From Eledone cirrhosa (Eukaryota), in contig OZ024742.1 in assembly GCA_964016885.1 (NCBI GenBank), positions 284,704,001-284,768,000 of the forward strand: a stretch of DNA of 64,000 nt, read 5' to 3'. Below, piece after piece: positions 13,687 through 31,800 of the stretch (within the stretch, counting starts at the first letter, position 1; each line of letters begins with the position of its first letter). A program made the position numbers and the translations under genes. Under the pieces are notes generated by a model that saw nothing but the letters and a program-made list of their open reading frames with translations, did no database searches and had not been told where the DNA came from.

Positions 13687-13738
<52 letters not shown>
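13687..13738. repeat. (TA)~26 microsatellite
   Basis: Directly visible. Confidence 0.95.
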
Positions 13739-13746
<8 letters not shown>

Positions 13747-13944
13747 TTTTTATTTGTTTGACCCGAATTACTTGGTCGTTTTCGTGGTTGTGCGGATGAT
13801 TGTTTAACCATCGTCTCAGTGTGTTTGGCCTTTAACGTATGTTGTAGCTCTGGTTCATCTGAATCATTGAGCGCTTGCCACACATCTCGGAAGTTGTTTT
13901 TCGTTAATTCCTAAGCCGAAATACAATTGTTGCTAATTTATATT

Positions 13945-13946
<2 letters not shown>

Positions 13947-14016
<70 letters not shown>

Positions 14017-14070
14017 CATACATACATACATACATACATACATACATACATACAGAGAAAGAGAGAGAGA
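13947..14070. repeat. Compound microsatellite (TA)~32-(TACA)~11-(GA)n
   Basis: Directly visible. Confidence 0.95.
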
Positions 14071-14226
14071 AGTGAGGAGACACACGCATGCATATATATA
14101 TCCCTCAGTCGATCATTCATTAACAACCACCCGATGCGTTCATATTTGCCTCTAGCACCAGTCCCTCACTTCCAGCCTTCGACTATATCACCCCTGCCAC
14201 CACATCCACCACTACCATCACCACTG

Positions 14227-14335
14227 CCTCTCTTAGAAATAGCAACCAAACCTCACTAAAATTACATCATCCCATATTACGAGAGAGAAGGAAATATTAT
14301 TGTCCTCGATACGCCAAAAAGATGATACCGTCACA
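14227..14335. mobile_element. Possible degraded short interspersed repeat fragment
   Basis: AGAAATAGCAACCAAACCTCACTAAAATTACA...GTCCTCGATAC...AAAAAGATG resembles a common octopus repeat as recalled; unverified. Confidence 0.25.
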
Positions 14336-14389
14336 CACCTTTTAACTTAACACTACTCCAACAGGGCTAACCTAAGTTAAGTTACTATA

Positions 14390-16860
14390 ACAATACTACT
14401 ACTACTACAATTACTACTATCAACACAACACCACTATCACTATCACCGCCACAAACACCACAACACCATTACCACAATCACTGCCGCCGCCACCATCATC
14501 GTCACCACACTCACAAACACCAATACCACCACCTCAACCACCAGATAAACTACTACCTAAACCACCACTACCACCACTACCACCACCACTACCACCAACA
14601 CTACCACCAACACTACGCCACCACCACAAATACCACCACTACACCACCACCACCAACAACAACACCACCATCAACATTACCACTACCTCCACCACAACCA
14701 ACACTACTACCATACCACCAACATCACCACCACTACCTCCACTAACATCATCTCTACTACCACAGCCACCACCACCACTAATACCATACCACCACAACCA
14801 CCATCACCACCATCATTACCACCACAGCCACTACCACCACTATCACCACCACTAACACCTCCACCATCAACATTACCACTACTACCATACCACCACCACT
14901 TCCTCCACCATCATCACAACCACTACTACCTCCACTACCACCAGAGACTACCACATTCTCCCAGTAGTATATCTGTTCTCTATAACCACCACCATCATCA
15001 CCACCACCACCGCCACCACCACCACCACCACCACCACTACCACCACTACCGCTACCATCATTACAACCACTACTACCGCCGCCGCCACCACCACCACCAA
15101 CACCACCACCACCACCACCATCATCGGCACCACCACCACCACCACCACCACCACCACCACCACCACCACCGCCGCCACCACCACCACCACCACCACTACC
15201 GCTACCATCATTACAACTACTACTACCGCCACCACCACCACCACTACCATACTACTACCATCACCACCACCAGAGACTACCATATTATCCCAGTCGTATA
15301 TCTGTTCTCTAGATTAGTGGTGACGACACCGTGAGACAAGTTTGTTTGTTTTTATATCTTTTGGTATGTCTTTCAACATCAGCACCACCAACAACATCAC
15401 AACACCACAACCAACAACATCACAACACCACAACCAACAACATCACAATACCACAACCAACAACACCACAACCAACAACATCACAACCAACAACACCACA
15501 ACTAATAACAACATCACAACAACCAGCAACACCACAACCAACAACACCACAACCAACAACATCAGCATCACCAACAACACCACAACTAACAACAACCAGC
15601 AACACCACAACCAGCAACACCACAACCAACAACATCAGCATCACCACAACCAACAACACCACAACCAACAACATCAGCACCACCACCAACAACACCACAA
15701 CCAACAACACCACAACCAACAACATCAGCACCACCACCAACAACACCACAACCAACAACACCACAACCAACAACATCAGCACCACCACCAACAACACCAC
15801 AACCAACAACACCACAACCAACAACATCAGCACCACCACCAACAACACCACAACCAACAATATCAGCATCACCAACAACACCACAAATAACAACATCACA
15901 ACAACCAACAACACCACAACCAACAACACCACAACCAACAATATCAGCATCACCAACAACACCACAAATAACAACATCACAACAACCAACAACACCACAA
16001 CCAACAACACCACAACCAACAATATCAGCATCACCAACAACACCACAACTAACAACATCACAACAACCAACAACACCACAACCAACAACACTACAACCAA
16101 CAACATCAGCATCACCAACAACACCACAACTAACAACAACATCACAACAACCAACAACACCACAACCAGCAACACCACAACCAACAACATCAGCATCACC
16201 AACAACACCACAACTAACAACAACATCACAACAACCAGCAACACGAAAACCAGCAATACCACAATCATCAGCATCCCCACAACTACTACCACTACTATCA
16301 CCACCAGCAACACCACCAATACCAGTATCACCACCACCACCATTATCACCACCACCACCATAATCACAACCACCAACAAAGACAACACCACAACTATCAA
16401 CAACATCACAATAACCAACAATACCACAACCACCAGCATCACCTTGACCACCACCACCAGTATCACCAACAACTCCAGTTTCAGCACCACTATCATTATC
16501 CTCACCACCACCACCAGCATCACTGCAACCACCACCACCACCAGTAGCACCATCAGCATGATCACCACCACCAACAGCTTCACCATCAACACCAGCATCA
16601 CCACCAACAACAACAGCACCACAATCATCACCACCACCATTATCATCATCAGCACCACAACTAGCACTATCACCAACGCACCTGTCACCAACGCCCCCGT
16701 CATCAAAGCCACTCTCACCATCGTTACCACTAGTGCCACTACCATCAACACTACTGCCATCACTACAACTATTACCACTTTCAACCATTATCCAAACCAC
16801 AATCACGATCATCATCACAATTACAACCATTCTCACCAATATCATTACAACCACCATCAC
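14390..16860. repeat. Degenerate trinucleotide microsatellite tract (ACT/ACC/AAC/ATC)n with local 48-63 bp repeat units
   Basis: C/A-rich triplets with almost no G. Locally tandem units at ~15640-16230 (AACAACACCACAACC...ATCAGC). Two short non-triplet islands at 14941-14982 and 15270-15375. Confidence 0.9.
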
Positions 16861-19800
16861 TACAACACCACCACCACCATCACTACAAACACCACCACCA
16901 CCATTACTACAAACACCACCACCACCATTACTACAAACACCACCACCACCATCACTACAAACACCACCACCACCATCACTACAACACCACCATCACCATT
17001 ACTACAAACACCACCACCAACATCACTACAAACACCACCACCACCATTACTACAAACACCACCACCACCATTACAACAAACACCACCACCACCATTACTA
17101 CAAACACCACCACCACCATTACTACAAACACCACCACCACCATCACTACAACACCACCATCACCATTACTACAAACACCACCACCACCATTACTACAACA
17201 CCACCACCACCATTACTACAAACACCACCACCACCATTACTACAAACACCACCACCACCATCACTACAAACACCACCACCACCATCACTACAAACACCAC
17301 CACCACCATCATTACAAACACCACCACCACCATCACTACAAACACCACCACCACCATTACTACGAACACCACCACCACCATTACTACAAACACCACCACC
17401 ATTACTACAAACAACACCACCACCATTACTACGAACACCACCACCACCATTACTACAAACACCACCACCATTACTACAAACACCACCACCACCATTACTA
17501 CAAACACCACCACCACCATCACTACAAACACCACCACCACCATCACTACAAACACCACCACCACCATCACTACAAACACCACCACCACCATCACTACAAA
17601 CACCACCACCACCATCACTACAAACACCACCACCACCATCACTACAAACACCACCACCACAATTACCACAAACACCACCACCACCATTACTACAAACACC
17701 ACCACCACCATCACTACAAACACCACCATCACTACAAACACCACCACCACAATTACCACAAACACCACCACCACAATTAACACAAACACCACCACCACCA
17801 TTACTACAACACCACCACCACCATTACTACAAACACCACCACCACCATTACTACAAACACCATCACCACCATTACAACAAACACCACCACCACCATTACC
17901 ACAAACACCACCACCACCATTACCACAAACACCACCACCACCATTACCACAGACACCACCACCACCATTACTACAAACACCATCACCACCATTACAACAA
18001 ACACCACCACCACCATTACCACAAACACCACCACCACCATTACCACAAACACCACCACCACCATTACCACAAACACCACCACCACCATTACTACAAACAC
18101 CATCACCACCATTACAACAAACACCACCACCACCATTACCACAAACACCACCACCACCATTACCACAAACACCACCACCACCATTACTACAAACACCACC
18201 ACCACAATTACCACAAACACCACCACCACCATTACCACAAACACCACCACCACCATTACTACAAACACCACCACCACAATTACCACAAACACCACCACCA
18301 CCATTACCACAAACACCACCACCACCATCACTACAAACACCACCACCACCATTACTACAACACCACCACCACCATTACTACAACACCACCACCACCATTA
18401 CTACAACACCACCACCACAATTACCACAAACACCTCCACCACCATTACCACGAACACCACCACCACCATTACTACAAACACCACCACCACAATTACCACA
18501 AACACCACCACCACAATTACCACAAACACCACCACCACCATTACCACAAACACCACCACCACCATTACTACAAACACCACCACCACAGTTACCACAAACA
18601 CCACCACCACCATTACCACAAACACCACCACCACCATTACTACAAACACCACCACCACAATTACCACAAACACCACCACCACCATTACCACAAACACCAT
18701 CACCACCATCACTACAAACACCACCACCACCACCACCATTACTACAACACAACCACCACCATTACTACAACACCACCACCACCATTACCACAAACACCAC
18801 CACCACAATTACTGCAACACCACCACCACCATTGCTACAACACCACCACCACAATTACCACAAACACCACCACCACCATTACCACAAACACCACCACCAC
18901 CATTACTACAACACCACCACCACAATTACCACAAACACCACCACCGCCATTACCACAAACACCACCACCACCATTACTACAACACCACCACCACAATTAC
19001 CACAAACACCACCACCACCATTACCACAAACACCAACACCACCATTACTACAACACCACCATTACTACAACACCACCACCACAATTACCACAAACACCAC
19101 CACCACCATTACCACAAACACCACCACCACAATTACCACAAACACCACCACCACCATTACCACAAACACCACCACCACCATTACTACAAACACCACCATT
19201 ACTACAACACCACCACCACAATTACCACAAACACCACCACCACCGTTACTACAACACCACCACCACAATTACCACAAACACCACCACCACAATTACCACA
19301 AACACCACCACCACCATTACTACAACACCACCACCACCATTACTACAAACACCACCACCACCATTACCACAAACACCACCACCACAATTACCACAAACAC
19401 CACCACCACAATTACCACAAACACCACCACCACCATTACCACAAACACCACCACCACCATTACTACAAACACCACCACCACCATTACTACAAACACCACC
19501 ACCACCATTACTACAAACACCACCACCACCATTACCACAAACACCACGACCACCATTACTACAAACACCACCACCACCATTACTACAAACACCACCACCA
19601 CCACCATTACTACAAACACCACCACCATTACTACAAACACCACCACCACCATTACCACAAATACCACCACCACCATTACTACACACACCACCACCACCAT
19701 TACTACAAACAACACCACCACCATTACTACAAACACCACCACCACCATTACTACAAACACCACCACCACCATTACTACAAACACCACCACCACCATTACT

Positions 19801-22800
19801 ACAGACACCACCACCATTACTACAAACACCACCACCACCATTACTACAAACACCACCACCACCATTACTACAAACACCACTACCACCATTACTACAGACA
19901 CCACCACCATTACAAACAAACACCACCACCACCATTACTACAAACACCACCACCACCATTACTACAGACACCACCACCATTACTACAAACACCACCACCA
20001 CCATTACTACAAACAACACCACCACCATTACTACAAACACCACCACCACCATTACTACAAACACCACCACCACCATTACTACAAACACCACCACCACCAT
20101 TACTACAGACACCACCACCATTACTACAAACACCACCACCACCATTACTACAAACAACACCACCACCATTACTACAAACACCACCACCACCATTACTACA
20201 AACACCACCACCACCATTACTACAAACACCACCACCACCATTACTACAGACACCACCAACATTACTACAAACACCACCACCACCATTACTACAAACACCA
20301 CCACCACCATTACTACAAACACCACCACCACCATTACTACAAACACCACCACCACCATTACTACAAACACCACCACCACCATTACTAGAGACACCATTAC
20401 TACAAACACCACCACCACCATTACTACAAACACCACCACCACCATTACTACAAACACCACCACCACCATTACTACAAACACCACCACCACCATTACTACA
20501 AACACCACCACCACCATTACTACAGACACCACCACCGCCATTACCACAATCACTACCACCGCCATTACAACAAACACCACCACCACCATTACTACAAACA
20601 CCACCACCACCATTACTACAAACACCACCACCACCATTACTTCAAACACCACCACCACCACCATTACTACAGACACCACCACCACCATTACTACAAACAC
20701 CACCACCACCATTACCACACACACCATCACCACCATCACTACAAACACCACCACCACCATCACTACAAACACCACCACCACCATTACTACAACACAACCA
20801 CCACCATTACCACAAACACCACCACCACAATTACTGCAACACCACCACCACCATTGCTACAACACCACCACCACAATTACCACAAACACCACCACCACCA
20901 TTACCACAAACACCACCACCACCATTACTACAACACCACCACCACAATTACCACAAACACCACCACCGCCATTACCACAAACACCACCACCACCATTACT
21001 ACAACACCACCACCACAATTACCACAAACACCACCACCACCATTACCACAAACACCAACACCACCATTACTACAACACCACCATTACTACAACACCACCA
21101 CCACAATTACCACAAACACCACCACCACCACCATTACCACAAACACCACCACCACAATTACCACAAACACCACCACCACCATTACCACAAACACCACCAC
21201 CACCATTACTACAAACACCACCATTACTACAACACCACCACCACAATTACCACAAACACCACCACCACCGTTACTACAACACCACCACCACAATTACCAC
21301 AAACACCACCACCACAATTACCACAAACACCACCACCACCATTACTACAACACCACCACCACCATTACTACAAACACCACCACCACCATTACCACAAACA
21401 CCACCACCACAATTACCACAAACACCACCACCACAATTACCACAAACACCACCACCACCATTACCACAAACACCACCACCACCATTACTACAAACACCAC
21501 CACCACCATTACTACAAACACCACCAGCCACCATTACTACAAACACCACCACCACCATTACCACAAACACCACGACCACCATTACTACAAACACCACCAC
21601 CACCATTACTACAAACACCACCACCACCATTACTACAAACACCACCACCATTACTACAAACACCACCACCACCATTACCACAAACACCACCACCACCATT
21701 ACTACACACACCACCACCACCATTACTACAAACAACACCACCACCATTACTACAAACACCACCACCACCATTACTACAAACACCACCACCACCATTACTA
21801 CAAACACCACCACCACCATTACTACAGACACCACCACCATTACTACAAACACCACCACCACCATTACTACAAACACCACCACCACCATTACTACAAACAC
21901 CACCACCATTACTACAAACACCACCACCACCATTACTATAAAAACAACCACCACCATTGCCACAAACACTGCCACCACCATTACCACAAAACCCACCACC
22001 ACCATTACTACAAACACCACCACCACCATTACTACAAACACCACCACCACCATTACTACAAACACCACCACCACCATTACTACAAACACCACCACCACCA
22101 TTACTACAAACACCACCACCACCATTACCACAAACCCCACCACCACCATTACTACAAACAACACCACCATCATTACTACAAACACCACCACCACCATTAC
22201 TACAAATACCACCACCACCATTACTACAAACACCACCACCACCATTACTACAAACAACACCACCACCATTACTACAAACACCACCACCACCATTACTACA
22301 AACACCACCACCACCATTACTACAAACACCACCACCACCATTACTACAGACACCACCACCATTACTACAAACACCACCACCACCATTACTACAAACACCA
22401 CCACCACCATTACTACAAACACCACCACCACCATTACTACAAACACCACCACCACCATTACTACAAACACCACCACCACCATTACTACAGACACCACCAC
22501 CATTACTACAAACACCACCACCACCATTACGACAAACACCACCACCACCATTACTACAAACACCACCACCACCATTACTACAAACACCACCACCACCATT
22601 ACTACAAACACCACCACCACCATTACTACAGACACCACCACCGCCATTACCACAATCACTACCACCGCCATTACAACAAACACCACCACCACCATTACTA
22701 CAAACACCACCACCACCATTACTTCAAACACCACCACCACCACCATTACTACAGACACCACCACCACCATTACTACAAACACCACCACCACCATTACTAC

Positions 22801-25800
22801 AAACACCACCACCACCATTACTACAAACACCACCACCACCATTACTACAAACACCACCACCACCATTACTACAAACACCACCACCACCATTACTACAAAC
22901 ACCACCACCACCATTACTACAAACACCACCACCACCATTACTACAAACACCACCACCACCATTACCACAAATACCACCACCACCATTACTACAAACACCA
23001 CCACCACCATTACCACAAACAACACCACCACCATTACTACAAACACCACCACCACCATTACTACAAACACCACCACCACCATTACCACAAACACTACCAG
23101 CACCATTACTACAAACACTACCACCACCATTACTACAAACACCACCACCACCATTACTACAGACACCACCACCACCATTACCACAAACACCACCACCACC
23201 ATTACCACAAACACCACCACCACCATTACTACAAACACCACCACTGCCATTACTACAAACACCACCACCACCATTACTACCAACACCACCACCACCATTA
23301 CTACAAACACCACCACCACCATTACTACAAACACCACCACCACCATTACTACAAACACCACCACCACCATTACTACAAACACCACCACCACCATTACTAA
23401 AAACACCACCACCACCATTACTACAGACACCACCACCGCCATTACCACAATCACTACCACCGCCATTACAACAAACACCACCACCACCATTACTACAAAC
23501 ACCACCACCACCATTACTACAAACACCACCACCACCATTACTTCAAACACCACCAGCACCACCATTACTACAGACACCACCACCACCATTACTACAAACA
23601 CCACCACCACCATTACTACAAACACCACCACCACCATTACTACAAACACCACCACCACCATTACTACAAACACCACCACCACCATTACTACAAACACCAC
23701 CACCACCATTACTACAAACACCACCACCACCATTACTACAAACACCACCACCACCATTACTACAAACACCACCACCACCATTACTACAAACACCACCACC
23801 ACCATTACTACAGACACCACCACCATTACTACAAACACCACCACCACCATTACTACAAACACCACCACCACCATTACTACAAACACCACCACCACCATTA
23901 CTACAAACACCACCACCACCATTACTACAAACACCACCACCACCATTACTACAGACACCACCACCATTACTACAAACACCACCACCACCATTACGACAAA
24001 CACCACCACCACCATTACTACAAACACCACCACCACCATTACTACAAACACCACCACCACCATTACTACAAACACCACCACCACCATTACTACAGACACC
24101 ACCACCGCCATTACCACAATCACTACCACCGCCATTACAACAAACACCACCACCACCATTACTACAAACACCACCACCACCATTACTACAAACACCACCA
24201 CCACCATTACTTCAAACACCACCACCACCACCATTACTACAGACACCACCACCACCATTACTACAAACACCACCACCACCATTACTACAAACACCACCAC
24301 CACCATTACTACAAACACCACCACCACCATTACTACAAACACCACCACCACCATTACTACAAACACCACCACCACCATTACTACAAACACCACCACCACC
24401 ATTACTACAAACACCACCACCACCATTACTACAAACACCACCACCACCATTACCACAAATACCACCACCACCATTACTACAAACACCACCACCACCATTA
24501 CCACAAACAACACCACCACCATTACCACAAACAACACCACCACCATTACCACAAACACCACCACCACCATTACTACTAACACCACCACTACCATTACCAC
24601 AAACACCACCACCACCATTACTACTAACAACACCACCACCATTACTACAAACACCACCACCACCACCATTACTACAAACACCACCACCACCATTACTACA
24701 AACACCACCACCACCATTACCACAAGCAGTAGCACCACCATTACTACAAACACCACCACCACCATTACTACAAATACTACCACTGCCATTACCACAAACA
24801 CTACCACCACCATTACTACAAACACCACCACCACCATTACTACAAACACCACCACCACCATTACCACAAACACCACCACCACCACCATTACTACAAACAC
24901 CACCACCACCATTACTACAAACACCACCACCACCATTACTACAAACACCACCACCACCATTACTACAAACACCACCACCACCATTACCACAAACACCACC
25001 ACCACCATTACTACAAACACCACCACCACCATTACTACAAACACCACCACCACCATTACCACAAACACCACCACCACCATTACTACAAACACCACCACCA
25101 CCATTACCACAAACACCACCACCACCATTACTATAAAAACCACCACCACCATTACCACAAACACCACCACCACCATTACTACAAACACCACCACCACCAT
25201 TACTACAAACACCACCACCACCATTACTACAAACACCACCACCACCATTACTACAAACACCACCACCACCATTACCACAAACACCACCACCACCATTACT
25301 ATAAAAACCACCACCACCATTACCACAAACACCACCACCACCATTACTACAAACACCACCACCACCATTACCACAAACACCACCACCACCACCACCACCA
25401 CCACAAACACCACCACCACCATTACTACAGACACCACCACCACCATTACCACAAACACCACCACCACCATTACCACAAACACCACCACCACCATTACTAC
25501 AAACACCACCACTGCCATTACTACAAACACCACCACCACCATTACTACCAACACCACCACCACCATTACTACAAACACCACCACCACCATTACTACAAAC
25601 ACCACCACCACCATTACTACAAACAACACCACCACCATTACTACAAACACCACCACCACCATAAACACCACCACCACCACCATTACCACAAACACCACCA
25701 CCACCATTACTACAGACACCACCACCACCATTACTACAAACACCACCACCACCATTACTACAAACACCACCACCACCATTACTACAAACACCACCACCAC

Positions 25801-28800
25801 CATTACTACAGACACCACCACCACCATTACTACAAACACCACCACCACCATTACTACAAACACCACCACCACCATAAACACCACCACCACCACCATTACC
25901 ACAAACACCACCACCACCATTACTACAGACACCACCACCACCATTACTACAAACACCACCACCACCATTACTACAAATGCCACCACCACCATTACTACAA
26001 ACACCACCACCACCATTACCACAAACACCACCACCACCATTACTATAAAAACCACCACCACCATTACCACAAACACCACCACCACCATTACCACAAACAC
26101 CACCACCTCCATTACCACAAACACCACCACCACCATTACTACAAACACCACCACCACCATTACCACAAACACCACCACCACCATTACTACAAACACCACC
26201 ACCACCATTACCACAAACACCACCACCACCATTACTACAAACACCACCACCACCATTACTACAAACACCACCACCATTACTACAAACACCACCACCACCA
26301 TTACTATAAAAACCACCACCACCATTGCCACAAACACTACCACCACCATTACCACAAACCCCACCACCACCATTACTACAAACACCACCACCACCATTAC
26401 TACAAACACCACCACCACCATTACTACAAACACCACCACCACCATTACTACAAACACCACCACCACCATTACTACAAACACCACCACCACCATTACCACA
26501 AACCCCACCACCACCATTACTACAAACAACACCACCATCATTACTACAAACACCACCACCACCATTACTACAAACACCACCACCACCATTACTACAAACA
26601 CCACCACCACCATTACTATAAAAACCACAACCACCATTGCCACAAACACCACCACCACCATTACCACAAACACCACCACCACCATTAATACAAACACTAC
26701 CACCACCATTACCACAAACACCACCACCACCATTACCACAAACACCTCCACCACCATTACCACAAACACCACCACCACTATTACCACAAACACCACCACC
26801 ACCATTACTACTAACAACACCACCACCATTACTACAAACACGACCACCACCTCCATTACTACAAACACCACCACCACCATTACTACAAACACCACCACCG
26901 CCATTACACAAAGACCACCACCGCCATTACCACAAACACCACCACCACCATTACTACTAACAACACCACCGCCATTACCACAAACACCACCACCACCATT
27001 ACCACAAACACTACCACCACCATTACTACAAACACCACCACCACCATTACCACAAACACCACCACCACCATTACCACAAACACCACCACCACCATTACCA
27101 CAAACACCACCACTGCCATTACTACAAACACCACCACCGCCATTACCACAAACACCACCACCACCATTACTACAAACACCACCACCACCATTACTACAAA
27201 TGCCACCACCACCATTACTACAAACACCACCACCACCATTACCACAAACACCACCACCACCATTACTATAAAAACCACCACCACCATTACCACAAACACC
27301 ACCACCACCATTACCACAAACACCACCACCTCCATTACCACAAACACCACCACCACCATTACTACAAACACCACCACCACCATTACCACAAACACCACCA
27401 CCACCATTACTACAAACACCACCACCACCATTACCACAAACACCACCACCACCATTACTACAAACACCACCACCACCATTACTACAAACACCACCACCAT
27501 TACTACAAACACCACCACCACCATTACTATAAAAACCACCACCACCATTGCCACAAACACTACCACCACCATTACCACAAACCCCACCACCACCATTACT
27601 ACAAACACCACCACCACCATTACTACAAACACCACCACCACCATTACTACAAACACCACCACTACCATTACTACAAACACCACCACCACCATTACTACAA
27701 ACACCACCACCACCATTACCACAAACCCCACCACCACCATTACTACAAACAACACCACCATCATTACTACAAACACCACCACCACCATTACTACAAACAC
27801 CACCACCACCATTACTACAAACACCACCACCACCATTACTATAAAAACCACCACCACCATTGCCACAAACACCACCACCACCATTACCACAAACACCACC
27901 ACCACCATTATTACAAACACTACCACCACCATTACCACAAACACCTCCACCACCATTACCACAAACACCACCACCACTATTACCACAAACACCACCACCA
28001 CCATTACTACTAACAACACCACCACCATTACTACAAACACGACCACCACCTCCATTACTACAAACACCACCACCACCATTACTACAAACACCACCACCGC
28101 CATTACACAAAGACCACCACCGCCATTACCACAAACACCACCACCACCATTACTACTAACAACACCACCGCCATTACCACAAACACCACCACCACCATTA
28201 CCACAAACACTACCACCACCATTACTACAAACACCACCACCACCATTACCACAAACACCACCACCACCATTACCACAAACACCACCACCACCATTACCAC
28301 AAACACCACCACTGCCATTACTACAAACACCACCACCGCCATTACCACAAACACCACCACCACCATTACTACAAACACCACCACCACCATTACCACAAAC
28401 ACCACCACCACCATTACTACAAACACCACCACCACCATTACTACTAACAACACCACCGCCATTACCACAAACACCACCACCACCATTACCACAAACACTA
28501 CCACCACCATTACTACAAACACCACCACCACCATTACCACAAACACCACCACCACCATTACCACAAACACCACCACTGCCATTACTACAAACACCACCAC
28601 CGCCATTACCACAAACACCACCACCACCATTACTACAAACACCACCACCACCATTACCACAAACACCACCACCACCATTACTACAAACACCACCACCACC
28701 ATTACTACTAACAACACCACCACCATTACCACAAACACTACCACCACCATTACTACAAACACCACCACCACCATTACCACAAACACCACCACCACCATTA

Positions 28801-31800
28801 CCACAAACACCACCACCACCATTACCACAAACACCACCACTGCCATTACTACAAACACCACCACCGCCATTACCACAAACACCACCACCACCATTACTAC
28901 AAACACCACCACCACCATTACCACAAACACCACCACCACCATTACTACAAACACCACCACCACCATTACCGCAAACACCACCACCACCATTACCACAAAC
29001 ACTACCACCACCATTACCACAAATACCACCACCACTATTACTACAAACACCACCACCACGATTACGACAAACACCACCACCACCATTACTACAAACACCA
29101 CCATTACTACAAACACCACCATTACTACAAACACCACCACCACCATTACTACAAACACCACCATTACTACAAACACCACCACCACCATTACTACAAACAC
29201 CACCACCACCATTACCACAAACACTACCAGCACCATTACTACAAACACTACCACCACCATTACTACAAACACCACCACCACCATTACTACAGACACCACC
29301 ACCACCATTACCACAAACACCACCACCACCATTACCACAAACACCACCACCACCATTACTACAAACACCACCACTGCCATTACTACAAACACCACCACCA
29401 CCATTACTACCAACACCACCACCACCATTACTACAAACACCACCACCACCATTACTACAAACACCACCACCACCATTACTACAAACACCACCACCACCAT
29501 TACTACAAACACCACCACCACCATAAACACCACCACCACCACCATTACCACAAACACCACCACCACCATTACTACAGACACCACCACCACCATTACTACA
29601 AACACCACCACCACCATTACTACAAACACCACCACCACCATTACTACAAACACCACCACCACCATTACTACAGACACCACCACCACCATTACTACAAACA
29701 CCACCACCACCATTACTACAAACACCACCACCACCATTACCACAAACACTACCAGCACCATTACCACAAACACCACCACCACCATTACTACAGACACGAC
29801 CACCACCATTACTACAAACACCACCACCACCATTACTACAAACGCCACCACCACCATTACTACAAACACCACCACCACCATTACCACAAACACCACCACC
29901 ACCATTACTATAAAAACCACCACCACCATTACCACAAACACCACCACCATCATTACCACAAACACCACCACCTCCATTACCACAAACACCACCACCACCA
30001 TTACTACAAACACCACCACCACCATTACCACAAACACCACCACCACCATTACTACAAACACCACCACCACCATTACCACAAACACCACCACCACCATTAC
30101 TACAAACACCACCACCACCATTACTACAAACACCACCACCACCATTACTACAAACACCACCACCACCATTACTATAAAAACCACCACCACCATTGCCACA
30201 AACACTACCACCACCATTACCACAAACCCCACCACCACCATTACTACAAACACCACTACCACCATTACTACAAACACCACCACCACCATTACTACAAACA
30301 CCACCACCACCATTACTACAAACACCACCACCACCATTACTACAAACACCACCACCACCATTACCACAAACCCCACCACCACCATTACTACAAACAACAC
30401 CACCATCATTACTACAAACACCACCACCACCATTACTACAAACACCACCACCACCATTACTACAAACACCAACACCACCATTACTATAAAAACCACCACC
30501 ACCATTGCCACAAACACCACCACCACCATTACCACAAACACCACCACCACCATTATTACAAACACTACCACTACCATTACCACAAACACCACCACCACCA
30601 TTACCACAAACACCACCACCACCATTACCACAAACACCACCACCACCATTACCACAAACACCACCACCACCATTACTACAAACACCACCACCACCATTAT
30701 TACAAACACCACCACCACCATTACCACAAACACCTCCACCACCATTACCACAAACACCACCACCACTATTACCACAAACACCACCACCACCATTACTACT
30801 AACAACACCACCACCATTACTACAAACACGACCACCACCTCCATTACTACAAACACCACCACCACCATTACTACAAACACCACCACCGCCATTACACAAA
30901 GACCACCACCGCCATTACCACAAACACTACCACCACCATTACTACTAACAACACCACCGCCATTACCACAAACACCACCACCACCATTACCACAAACACT
31001 ACCACCACCATTACTACAAACACCACCACCACCATTACCACAAACACCACCACCACCATTACTACAAACACCACCACCACCATTACCACAAACACCACCA
31101 CCACCATTACCACAAACACTACCACTACCATTACCACAAATACCACCACCACTATTACTACAAACACCACCACCACCATTACGACAAACACCACCACCAC
31201 CATTACTACAAACACCACCACCACCATTACTACAAACACCACCATTACTACAAACACCACCACCACCATTACTACAAACACCACCACCACCATTACTACA
31301 AACACCACCACCACCATAAACACCACCACCACCACCATTACCACAAACACCACCACCACCATTACTACAGACACCACCACCACCATTACTACAAACACCA
31401 CCACCACCATTACTACAAACACCACCACCACCATTACTACAAACACCACCACCACCATTACTACAGACACCACCACCACCATTACTACAAACACCACCAC
31501 CACCATTACTACAAACACCACCACCACCATAAACACCACCACCACCACCATTACCACAAACACCACCACCACCATTACTACAGACACCACCACCACCATT
31601 ACTACAAACACCACCACCACCATTACTACAAATGCCACCACCACCATTACTACAAACACCACCACCACCATTACCACAAACACCACCACCACCATTACTA
31701 TAAAAACCACCACCACCATTACCACAAACACCACCACCACCATTACCACAAACACCACCACCTCCATTACCACAAACACCACCACCACCATTACTACAAA

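Noticed and set aside
13794-13932. CGGATGA ... GAAATACAATTGT as a further hammerhead
   Set aside because: The core box is mutated and I could not build convincing stems I or II.
12422-14259. Short ORFs with YIYIYI or HTYI runs
   Set aside because: Translations of (TA)n and (TACA)n microsatellites.
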